Below, in pieces: positions 27,015 to 38,044 of a stretch of DNA of 64,000 nucleotides. The DNA lies in the NCBI RefSeq assembly GCF_963921235.1, contig NC_086097.1:255876001-255940000 (forward strand), written 5' to 3'. Position 1 is the stretch's first letter. Each line of letters opens with the position of its first letter. Both the position numbers and the translations under genes were made by a program. The notes beneath the pieces are model-generated. The model did no database searches. It saw nothing but the letters and a program-made list of their open reading frames with translations, and had not been told where the DNA came from. This DNA comes from Mobula hypostoma. Taxonomy: Eukaryota.

Positions 27015-29937
27015 CAGGGTAGTAATCTCAGGATTGCTGCCTGTGCCACGTGCTAACGAGCACAAGAATAGCATGATCAGGCATATTAATGAGTGGCTGA
27101 GAGACTGGTGTAGGGGGCAGGGCTTCAGATTCCTGGATCATTGGGGCCTCATCTGGGGGAGGTACGACCTGTACAAAAAGGATGGGTTACACCTTAAACC
27201 AAAGGGGTCCAATATCCTAGCAGGCAGGTTTAATAGAGCTGTTAGGGAGGGTTTAAACTAATTTGGCAGGCGATGGGAACCAGAGTGATAGGGCTGAGGA
27301 AGGGGAAAACAGAAATAAATCAGAAATAAATTCTCAGCCCACTTCTGCATCCTATCAATGTCTCCCTGCAATCTTTGACAATCCTCTACACTATCTACAA
27401 CACCACCAACCTTTGTGTCATCTGCAAACTTGCCAAACCACCCTTCTATCCCAACATCCAGGTCGTTAATAAAAATCTCGAAAAGTAGAGGTCCCAGAAC
27501 AGATCCTTGTGGGACACCACTAGTCACAATCCTCCAATCTGAATGTACTCCCTACACCATGACCCTCTGCCTTCTGCAGGCAAGCCAATTCTGAATCCAC
27601 CTGGCCAAACTTCCGTGGATCCCATGCCTTCTAACTTTCTGAATAAGCCTACCATGTGGAACCCTTAAGGAGCCCTTAGGAAACAATGATCACAGTATGA
27701 TTGAGTTCACTTTGAAATATGAGAAGTAGAAACTAAAATCCAGTGTTTTGGTATTTCAGTGGAATAAAGGAAATTACAATGGCATGAGAGGTGAACTGGC
27801 CAAAGTTGACTGGAAAGGGACACTAGCATGAAGAACAGCAGAGCAACAAAATGCTGGAGTTTCTGTGAAAAATGAGGGAGGTGCAAGACAGATATATTCC
27901 AAATAAGAAGAAATGGCTGACAAGTGAAGTCAGAGCCAAAGTAAAAGCAAAAGAGAGGGCATACAAGGAAGACAAAGCTAATGGGATGATAGAGAATTGG
28001 GAAGCTTTTAAAAACTTGCAGAAGGAAACTAAGAAGGTCATTAGGAAGGAAAAGATGAATTATGAAATGAAGCTGGCAACTAACATCAAAAAAGATACTA
28101 AAAGCTTTTTTTTAAGTATATAAAGCGTAAAAGAGTTGAGGGTAGATATAGGAACAACAGAAAATGACACTGGAGGTATTGTAATGAGAGACGTGGAGAT
28201 GGCAGAGGAACTAAATGCGTATTTTTCATCAGTCTTCACAGTGAAATACATCTGCAGTATACTGGACATTCAAGAGTGCCAAGGAAGTGAAGTATGTGCA
28301 GTGAAAATTATGACAGAGAAGGTGCTCAGGAGGCTTAATGGTCTGAGGGTGGATAAATCTCCTGGACCTGATGGAATGAACCCTTGGGTTCTGAAGGAAA
28401 TAGCAGGAGAGATTGAGGAGACATTAACAATGATCTTTCAAGAATCGATAGATTTTGGCATTGTACAGGATGACTGGAAAATTGCAAATGTACTCTGCTA
28501 TTGAAAACGGGTGGGAGGCAGCAGAAAGGAAACGATAGACCGGTTAGCCTGACATCAGTGATTGAGAAGTTGTTGGAATTGATTGTTAGGGATGAGGTTA
28601 TGGAGTAACTGGAGACAAATGACAAGATAGGCCAAAGCCTGCATGATTTCCTGAAAGAAAAGTCCTGCCTAACAAACGCACTGCAATTTTTTTGAGGAAA
28701 TTACAAGCAGGGTAGACAAAGGAGATGAAGTAGATGTGGTGTACTTGGATTTTCAGAAGGCCTTTAACAAGGTGCTGCACCTGAGGCTGCTTAGCAAGGT
28801 AAGAGCCCATGGAATTACAAGGAAGTTACTAGCATGGGTGGAGCATTGGCTGATCGGCAGAAAACAGAGTGGGAATAAAGGGATCCTACTCTGTTTGGCT
28901 GCTGGTTACCAGTGGAGTTCCGCAGGGGTCGGTGTTGGGACTGCTGCTTTTTACAATATATGTCAATGATTTGGACTATGGTTTTAATGGATTTGTTAGT
29001 AAATTTGCTGATGATAAAAAGATAGGTGGTGGAGTGGGTAGTGGTGAGGATACAGAGAACCTGGATAGAGACTTGGATATTTTAGTGGAATGGGCAAAGA
29101 AGTGGCAAATTAAATACAATGTTGAAAAGTGTATCGTCATGCACTTTGGTGGAAGAAATAAATGAGCAGATTATTATTTGGATGGGAAGAGAATTCAAAA
29201 TGCAGAGATGCAGAGGGACTTGGGAGTCCTTGTGCAGGATACCCCAAAGATTAACCTCCAGGTTGAGTCAGTGGTGAAGAAGGCAAATGCAATGTTGGCA
29301 TTCATTTCTAGAGGTATAGAATATAAGAGCAGGGATGTGATGTTGAGGCTCTGTGAGGCAGTCATGAGACTACACGGAGTATTGTGTGCAGTTTTGGGCT
29401 CCTTATTTTAGAAAGGACATACTGTACTGACATTGGAGAGGGTTCAGAGAAGATTCGCGAGAATGATTCCGGGAATGAAAGGGTTACCTTATGAGGAACA
29501 TCTGGCAGCTCTTGGGCTGTATTCCCTGGAGTTCAGGAGAATGAGGGGGAATCTCACAGAAATGTTCTGAATGTTAAAAGGCCTGAACAGATCAGATATG
29601 GCAAAGTTATTTCCCATGGTAGGGAATCCAGGACAAGAGGGCACGACTTCATGATTGAAGGACGTCCATTTTGAACAGAGATGTGGAGAAATTACTTTAG
29701 TCAGAGGGTGGTAAATCTGTGGAATTTGTTGCCACGAGTGGCTGTGGAGGCCAAGTCATTTGGTGTATTTAAGGCAGAGATTGATAGGTTCTTGATTAGC
29801 CAGGGCATCAAAGGGTATGGGGAGAAGGCAGGGGAGTGGGGATGACTGGATGAATTGGATCAGCTTATGAGTGAATGGCGGGGCATACTCAATGGGCCGA
29901 ATGGCCTGCTTCTGCTCCTATATCTTATGGTCTTATA
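27015..29937 (+). mobile_element. CR1 fragments: ORF1 esterase end (27015-27330), an inverted internal RT piece (27333-27662, minus), and EN-RT-3' end (27663-29937)
   Basis: DGLHLKPKGSNILAGRF, DKSPGPDG and KFADDKKIGG motifs; 3' tail at about 29925. Confidence 0.85.
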
Positions 29938-30487
29938 GTCTGATGGCCTGATGGAAGAAGCTGTCCCGGAGCCTGTTGGTCCTGGCTTTTATGCAGCAGT
30001 ACCATTCCCCGGATGGCAGCAGGTGGAACAGTTTGTGGTTGGGGTGCCTAGTGTCTCCAATGATCCTTTGGTATTTGTGCTGTGTGTGATGTATATTTTG
30101 TGGGTGCACTGTGGTCAGTAGGAAATTTGCTTCACTTGGTTGTATATATGTACACTCAGATGACTGTATCAGGTCAGGGTGATGGGGCCTGAGGCGTGGG
30201 ATGGACTGGTTCTGCTTGCTGCTCTGCTCTGCTCTGCACTGGGTGGACTGACCCTATTTTTTAGTGCAGAATGCTATTTGTTTGCGTTTAGTGTTTACCT
30301 GAATTATTTTTATTCTCTCTGCAAATTAGGTGCTCGATGGTCTTCTTTTGTTCTGGGTTCTTTTGGGCTTCTTTGTTTTGTGGTTGCCTGTTAGGAGATG
30401 AATCTCAAGGTTGTATAATCTATGCATACTTTGATAATAAATGTACTTTGAACTTTGATGACAATAAACTTGAACTTGAGGTCCTGA

Positions 30488-32054
30488 ACCAGTGAGCCTT
30501 ACGTCTGTGGTGGGAAAGCTGTTGGAAAAGATTCTTGGAGATAGGATCTATAGGCATTTAGAGAATCATGGTCTGATCAGGGACAGTCAGCATGGCTTTG
30601 TGAAGGGCAGATCGTGTCTAACAAGCCTGATAGAGTTCTTTGAGGAGGTGACCAGGCATATAGATGAGGGTAGTGCAGTGGATGTGATCTATATGGATTT
30701 TAGTAAGGCATTTGACAAGGTTCCACATGGTAGGCTTATTCAGAAAGTTAGAAGGCATGGGATCCAGGGAAGTTTAGCCAGGTGGATTCAGAATTGGCTT
30801 GCCTGCAGAAGGCAGAGGGTGGTGGTGGAGGGAGTACATTCAGATTGGAGGATTGTGACTAGTGGTGTCCCACAAGGATCTGTTCTGGGACCTCTACTTT
30901 CCGTGATTTTTATTAACGACCTAGATGTGGGGGTAGAAGGGTGGGTTGGCAAGTTTGCAGACGACACAAAGGTTGGTGGTGTTGTAGATAGTGTAGAGGA
31001 TTTTCAAAGATTGCAGAGAGACATTGATAGGATGCAGAAGTGGGCTGAGAAGTGGCAGATGGAGTTCAACCCGGAGAAGTGTGAGGTGGACAACAGGAAT
31101 TCTGCAGATGCTGGAAATTCAAGCAACACACATAAAAGTTGCTGGTGAACGCAGCAGGCCAGGCAGCATCTCTAGGAAGAGGTGCAGTCGACGTTTCAGG
31201 CCGAGACCCTTCCCAGGTAGCATCTCTAGGAAGAGGTGCAGTCGACATTTCAGGCCGAGAGGCCGTCGACTGCACCTCTTCCTGAAGTGTGAGGTGGTAC
31301 ACTTTGGAAGGGCAAACTCCAAGGCAGAGTACAAAGTAAATGGCAGGATATTTGGTAGTGTGGAGGAGCAGAGGGATCTCGGGGTACATGTCCACAGATC
31401 GCTGAAAGTTGCCTCACAGGTGGATAGGGTAGTTAAGAAAGCTTATGGGGTGTTAGCTTTCATAAGTCGAGGGACAGAGTTTAAGAGTCGCGATGTAATG
31501 ATGCAGCTCTATAAAACTCTGGTTAGGCCACACTTGGAGTATTGTGTCCATTTCTGGTTACCTCACTATAGGAAGGATGTGGAAGCATTGGAAAGGGTAC
31601 AGAGGAGATTTACCAGGATGCTGCCTGGTTTAGAAGGTATGCATTATGATCGGAGATTAAGGGAGCTAGGGCTTTACTCTTTGGAGAGAAGGAGGATGAG
31701 AGGAGACATGATAGAGGTGTACAAGATAATAAGAGGAATAGATAGAGTGGATAGCCAGCACCTCTTCCCCAGGGCACCACTGCTTAATACAAGAGGACAT
31801 GGCTTTAAGGTAAGGGGTGGGGAATTCAAGGGGGATATTACAGGAAGGTTTTTTACTCAGAGAGTGGTTGGTGCATGGAATGCACTGCCTGAGTCAGTGG
31901 TGGAGGCAGATACACTAGTGAAGTTTAAGAGACTACTAGACAGGTATATGGAGGAATCTAAGGTGGAGGCTTATATGGGAGGTAGGGTTTGAGTGTCGGC
32001 ACAACATTGAGGGCCAAAGGGCCTGTACTGTGCTGTACTATTCTATGTTCTATG
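30488..32054 (+). mobile_element. Young CR1 RT and 3' end (same subfamily as 4984-8744), interrupted at 31090-31283
   Basis: Near-identical to about 7418-8744; (GTTCTAT) tail. Confidence 0.95.
31090..31283. mobile_element. Penelope-terminal-repeat mini-element: one unit, a partial tandem copy and a short inverted copy; 14-bp TSD
   Basis: TSD GAAGTGTGAGGTGG at 31076-31089 / 31284-31297. Confidence 0.9.
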
Positions 32055-32344
32055 AATTGGATGAAGGCCGATTTCAATATCATGAATCAGGAGCTGGCAA
32101 ATGTAGACAACTTGTGGGGGGGGGGGGTCTGCATTGGGCACTTAAAAGTGAAATAATGAGATCCAGGGTCAATATATTTCCAGAAGTGTGAAAGTCTGAG
32201 AAAATCCAGGATATTAAGGCACTTCAAGAAATGGTTAAAGAAATAAAAGGAAGCACATGGCAGGAACAGAAGAAGCCCAATAGGAGAACAGAAAATACGG
32301 GGGTGGGGGACATGATAAAGAAAATAGGATGGTAAATAAGTGTC

Positions 32345-32733
32345 ACATCCCTCTCCCCCAATCCCACCCAGTTCCCCTATCCACCATCGCCCCTCTCCCT
32401 TCGGCTCCTCCCCCATCCCCAGCACCTCTCTCCCCATCGTCCCTCTCTCCCAATCCCCAAACTCCACTCCCCATCCTCCCTTCTTTCCCCATCTTTCCCC
32501 TCTCCCCATCCTCCTCCCCAGCCGTCTTCCGCCTCACCATCCTATGCTCTCGAATCTCATTCCATGCCCCTCCGCTCCCATCCACTTTCTCCGTCTATCC
32601 CCACCTCTCCAATCCCTTTATCCCCTCCCCCTCTCCTTCCGTCTCGTCTATCTGCCATTCCACACTCTCGAGTCTCGCTCCATTCCTCCTCTCCGCCTAT
32701 TCCCACGTCCAATCCCCCCATTTCCCTCCCCAC
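32345..32733 (-). repeat. Low-complexity tract, C/T-rich on plus and G/A-rich on minus, with many G-runs
   Basis: Repeated CCCC/CTCCCC runs directly beside the CpG island. Confidence 0.8.
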
Positions 32734-32734
32734 C

Positions 32735-33300
32735 AGCGGCGGCTCTAACGCTGCCGCCCCCTCCTGGTCTGGAATCGGGTTGCAGCTGAGGACGCAGCGC
32801 ATATCCCGGAGCGAGCGAGCGCGCCGCTCATGTTCCCTTGCCTGACTCGACGTCATCACTGTGGTGCGGCGTGACGTAGAGACGGCAGTTGGGCCGGTGA
32901 TGGCGGTGAGCCCGGGTGTCTGTTGTACGGGCTGACTCCGATGTTTGTGTTCGCTGGCCTACGCCTCACGCCCAGGGTGATTCTCTGTGCGAGGGCTGAG
33001 CATGTTGCTGACTCTTTCCGCACCAAGGTAGGCCTCGGCATGGTCATAGCGGAGTGCGTTAGCACGGCGGTGGTCAGGTGGGGGCCGAGGCCGCGCTCCG
33101 GGCCAGGCCGCTCCCCCAGGGCCGGAGCTTGGCTTTTCCTGCCGGTGTGTGGTGGGGCAGCAGCCTGTCCTGAGAACAGGGTCTCGCTGGCGTTGCCCAT
33201 CCTGCGGCCAGGTCCTGGTTTAAAGGGCGGATTGTTCTTTGTACCCGTTAAAATGCTACTAGTTAGATTTGAAATAAACAGGCGCGGGAAATCAGCTCCC
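32735..33300. promoter_or_regulatory. CpG island, probable bidirectional promoter with candidate first exons
   Basis: The only CpG-dense non-TE tract. CRE half-sites CGTCA (32851-32855) and TGACG (32872-32876). Plus-strand ATGGCG|gtgagc (32900-32911) and AAG|gtaggc (donor at 33028). Minus-strand ATG at 32802 with CTG|gtgggg donor at 32733. G-skew flips across the island. Confidence 0.7.
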
Positions 33301-33769
33301 TGAGCCTGTTCCACTGATTAAACTATTATTTTGGCTCTTTTATTTTGCAGCTCTGTCATAAATGTATCGTTTTGTATTAAGTAAATAAAACTGGCAGCTG
33401 AATATGCGGCTCACTATTGAAATAAATAGGTTTCAGTTCATTGGATACTGGCGCCAATAATGGTTATGACATGAGTGATCTGCTAAGGAGAAATCTAGTA
33501 GTTTGAAGGACAAAGTTCATCAAGATTGTTTAATATAATTTCTAGTATACAAGTTTAACGGAGAATGAAATAATTATTCCTGATCCAATGCAGCACAATA
33601 CAAACGTATAAAGAATAAAGAACGCGATAAAAATTTTTAAAAAAGCTGTGAATATAAATAAATAAGAACTTTTATACATTGTCTGTCAGTAAAGTATGCA
33701 CAGATGTAAATAAGGTGACTGATCAGAAATGATAAAGCAGTAGTGCTTGGGGGCCTAGAGATGTTAATC

Positions 33770-35040
33770 AAAGTCCAAACAAAATTTACTATCAAAGCAC
33801 ACATAATTCCCCACATATAACCCCGAGATTCATTTTCTTGCAGGCATACTTAATAAATCCATAATAGAATAATAACCACAGTAGAATAAATGAAAGATTG
33901 CACCAATTTGTGTGTTCAACCTGTGTGCAAAAGACAAAAACTGTGCAAATACAAAAAGAAATAATAAATAAGCAATAAATATAGAGAATATGAGATGCAG
34001 AGTCCTTGAAAGTGAGTCCATAGGTTGTGGGAACATTTCAATGATGGGGCAAGTGAAGTTACTTCCCTTTGGTTCAAAACCCTGATGGTTAAGGGATAGG
34101 AACTGTTCCTGAACCTGGTGGTGTAAGTCCTGAGGCTCCGGTACCACCTTCCTGGTGGTAGCAGTGAGAAGAGAACGTGACCTGGGTAGTAAGTGTCCTT
34201 GAAAATGCTGCTTTCTTGCGACAATGCTCCGTGTAGATGTGCTCAATGATGAGGAGAGCTTACCTGTGATGGACTTCACTTTATCCATTACTTTTTGTAA
34301 GATTTTCTGTGCAAGGGTATTGGTGTTTCCATTCTAGGTTGTGATGCAACCAGCCAGTATACTCTCCACCACGCATCTGTAGAAGTTTGTCAAAGTATTC
34401 GATGTCATGCAGAATCTATGCAAACTCCTAAGGAAGTAGAGGTTCTGTGTAATTGCATTTGGGCACCGGGCCTAGGACTGGTCCTCTGAGATGATGACAC
34501 TGAGGAATTTAAATTTGCTGACCCTCTCCACCTCTGATCCTCTGAGGACTGGCTCATGGACCTGTGGTTTCCTTCTCTTGAAGTCAGTAGCCAGCTCCTT
34601 GGTCTTGCTGACATTAAGTAAGATGTTGTTGTGGCACCACTCAGCTGGATGTTCAGTCCCCTCCTGTAGCTGATTCGTCACCACCTTTCATTTGGCCTAT
34701 GACAGTGGTGTTGTTAGCGAACTTAATATGGCATTGGAGCTCTGCTTAGCCATTATGGTTATAAGTGTAAAGCGAGTAGAGCTGGGGGCTAAGCACACAG
34801 CCTTGTGGTGCACCTTTGCTGATGGAGATTGTGGAGAATATGTTGCCAATCCAAAATGAGTGACGTCTGCATGTGATCAGCCTTACTGCTTGGGGAAAGT
34901 AACTGTTTTTTGAGACTGATGGCCTGGTGTGGATGCTACGTAGCCTCCTCCCTGATGGGAATGTGACAAATAGCAATGAGCAGAGTGGGGGGGGGGGATC
35001 CTTCATGATCCCTTTGTATAAAAGCTCTTTGAATGTAGTC
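33770..35040 (-). mobile_element. Degenerate Rex1/Babar-type LINE fragments
   Basis: [26 protein letters not shown] and HVLFSLLPPGRWYRSL motifs. Confidence 0.8.
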
Positions 35041-35494
35041 AATGGATCAGTGAAGATGTAAGTTGTCTATGGGTATGTGGGGAACTATGGCCAACAATGA
35101 AAGAATGTGTGGTTTGTAGTTATACATGTTAAAGGCAGAAAAAATCAACCTGAAATGCAGTTTAGCTATTGTTGTCAAGGGTAATTAATGGTAGTCTTAC
35201 TTTAAAGGAAAAAAATGTGAGTGTTGCATTTCGGTCAACCACAGTTGGACACACATATAAATAGCAGGGCCCTGGAAAGTGATGTAGAACAGAGAGAGCC
35301 AAAGCCTCAGTATTACACCCCTGCTCTTATATTCTAATCCTCTTAAAATGAATGCTGACATCTCATTTGCCTTCCTCACCACTGACTTAACCTGCAAATT
35401 AACCTTTAGGGAATCCTGTGCAATCCTTTACATCTGATTTTTGAATTTTCTCTTGGTTTAGAAAATAGTCTACCCCTTTATTTTCTAAACATTA

Positions 35495-37377
35495 GAGCTG
35501 TTGGGAGAGGGGCTGGGAATAGGAGTGAAGGGACTCAGGATAGGACGGATGGTAAAAAAGCAAAAGTAGCGTGCAGTCAAGCTTCTAGGAAGGGCAGCAG
35601 ATGATAGGACAAAATTGCAGCCAGCAGGGTGAGTATCAGTGCATTAGGAATGCAGAATCAAAAAGGCTAGCAAACACAGTACTCAAAGTGTTATATTTCT
35701 ATGGGCACAGTGTAAGAAATAGGGTGGATATCTTGTTGCACTATTACAGATTGTCAGGTATGATGTTGTGGCCTTCACTGAATCATGGCTGAAGGCTTGT
35801 TGTAGTTGGGAGTTGAATGTCCAAGGCTGCATGTTGTATCGGAGGGATAGGAAAGTTGGCAGAGAGGGTGGTGTGGCTCTGCTAGTAAAGAATGGCATCA
35901 AGTCAGTAGAAATGTGACATAGGATTGGAAGATGTTGAATACGTGTGGGTTGAGTTAAGAAACTGCAAGGGTTAAAGGACCCTGGCATCAGTCTTCACTG
36001 AAAGACAAGCAGCATGCCAGAGGTCCATGAGTGTCAGAGCAGGAGTGAGTGCCATTGCTATTACAAACAAAAAAAAAATGCTAGGCAAACTGAAAGGTCT
36101 TAAGGTCACCTGGACCAAATGGACTACATCCCACATTTCGCAGAGAGATTGTTGAAGAGATAATGGATGTATTGGTCATGATCTTTCACAAATTACTTGA
36201 TTCTAGCATGGTACTGGAAGACTGAAAGGTTGCAAACATCACTCGACTCTTTAAGAAGGGAGGAAGGCAAAAGTAAGGAAATTGTGGCCTGTTAGCCTAA
36301 GTGGTTGGGAAGTGTTGGAGTCTACTATTAAGGATGAGGTTTTGGGGTACTTGGAGATTAAAGATGAAATATGTCAAAGTCAGCATGGTTTCTGTAAAGG
36401 GAAATCTTGCCTGATAAATCTGTTAGAGTTCTTTGAGGAAGTAACAAGCAGGGTGGACAAAGGAGAGGCAATGGATGTCATTTACTTGGATTTTCAGAAG
36501 GCATTTGATAAGGTACCACAAATGAGGCTGCTTAACAAGATAAAATCCTGTGGCATTACAGGAAAGGTACTGGCTTGGATAGAGGAATGGCTGACAGGCA
36601 GGACGCAGCGAGTGGGAATAAAGAAGGCCTTTTCTGGTTGGCTGTCAGTGACTAGTGGTGTTCCTCAGGGGTCAGTAGTGAGTTCACTACTTTTCACATT
36701 GTCAGTGATTTGGATAATGGAATTGATGGACTTGTGACAAAGTTTGATCAAAGGAGAAGTAGTGCAACCTATAATCTAAATGGGGAGAAGGTTCAAACAT
36801 CAGAGTTGCAGAGTCCTCGTGCAGGATTGCCAGAAAGTTAATTTAAAGGTTGGATCTGTGGTAAAGAAGGCAAATGCAATGTTGACATTTATTTCAAAGG
36901 GAATAGAATGTAAAAGCAAGGAGATAATGCTGAGCCTTTATAAGACACTAGTGAGGCCGTGCTTGGAGTATTGTCAACAGTTTTGGGCTCCATATCTCAG
37001 AAAGGATGTGTTGTCATTGGAGAGTCTACAGGAGGTTCACAAGGATGATTCTGGGAATGAAGGGGTTAATGTGATAATTTGGCAGCTTTGGGCCTGCACT
37101 CTCTGGAATTTAGTAAAATAGATGGATATCACATTGAAATCTACCAAATGTTGGAAGGACTAGATAGGGTGGATGTAGAGAGGATGTTTCCTATGGTGGG
37201 GTATTCAGAACTAGAGGGCAACACCTCAAATTGCGGGACGAAATTTTAGAACCGAGATCAGGAGAAATTTTTTTAGCTAGAGAGTAGTGAATCTGTGGAA
37301 TGCTCTGCCACAGACTGCAATGAAGGCCAAGTCCATGAGTATACTTAAGGCAGAAGCTGACAGCTTAGTGATCGGTC
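35495..37377 (+). mobile_element. Degenerate CR1 EN-RT, truncated by an ERV LTR
   Basis: SQHGFCKGKSCL, DFQKAFDKVP and SGVPQGSV motifs. Confidence 0.85.
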
Positions 37378-38044
37378 TGTAAACGTAACTTTGCTGGATC
37401 AAATAACGACAGCACAAAAAGATCGTTACTTATCTTTTCACCCGTTTATTTCTTTGAGCTCAGCCAGCGAGTGAACTTGTACCCGACATCAGGGAGAGAC
37501 CCTTTCTCATCTCCCCGGTGGTTGTACAAGTTCACTGCCCGATGTCAGAATTGTCAGAAGTTATAAGGCCACCGATACAAAAGAACAATCAGTTTGATAA
37601 CCATTCCAGTCAAGTCAATGGACTATTGATACAGAGAACAATCAGTTTGATAACTATTCCGGCCAAGTCAATGGACTATTGATACAAAAGTACAATCAAT
37701 TTGTTAGACACTCCAGCCACCTTAATTAAAGAAAAGAATGTCCTACCTGGTTTGCTGGAGCCACAACTTAATTACAAAGATAAGCACATCCGTCAAATTT
37801 ATGCTTTAATTAAGGAAGGAATGTTCTGTCTAATTTCCATCAGGTACTGCTTTTTGTCAAAATCAAAAGGTGTGAAAAGCCCAGAGACATCTATGTGGAT
37901 CTGGGTGAACTTTAACCCTTACCTTGCTCCAAAGAAAGCAGCTGTGAGACATTATTCAAAATCACTGCAGTCACAGATATAGTCAGTACTGAATCCATTG
38001 TTTGCAGGAATCTTGAGAATTCCCCATTCCCTTAAGCTTTATCA
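37378..38044 (-). mobile_element. ERV 3' LTR (667 bp)
   Basis: TG...CA termini. Preceded on minus by the polypurine tract AAAAAGGAGGGAA (38045-38057). Minus-strand AATAAA at about 37445. Tandem repeats of about 54 bp at 37574-37703. Confidence 0.8.

Noticed and set aside
31024..31992. 322-aa ORF with a novel N-terminus
   Set aside because: The N-terminus is off-frame CR1 plus the Penelope-derived insert; the rest is CR1 RT. The same applies to ORF 41025-41795.
32329..32789. Pro/Ser-rich and Gly-rich ORFs
   Set aside because: Artefacts of a low-complexity C-rich tract that is open in several frames.
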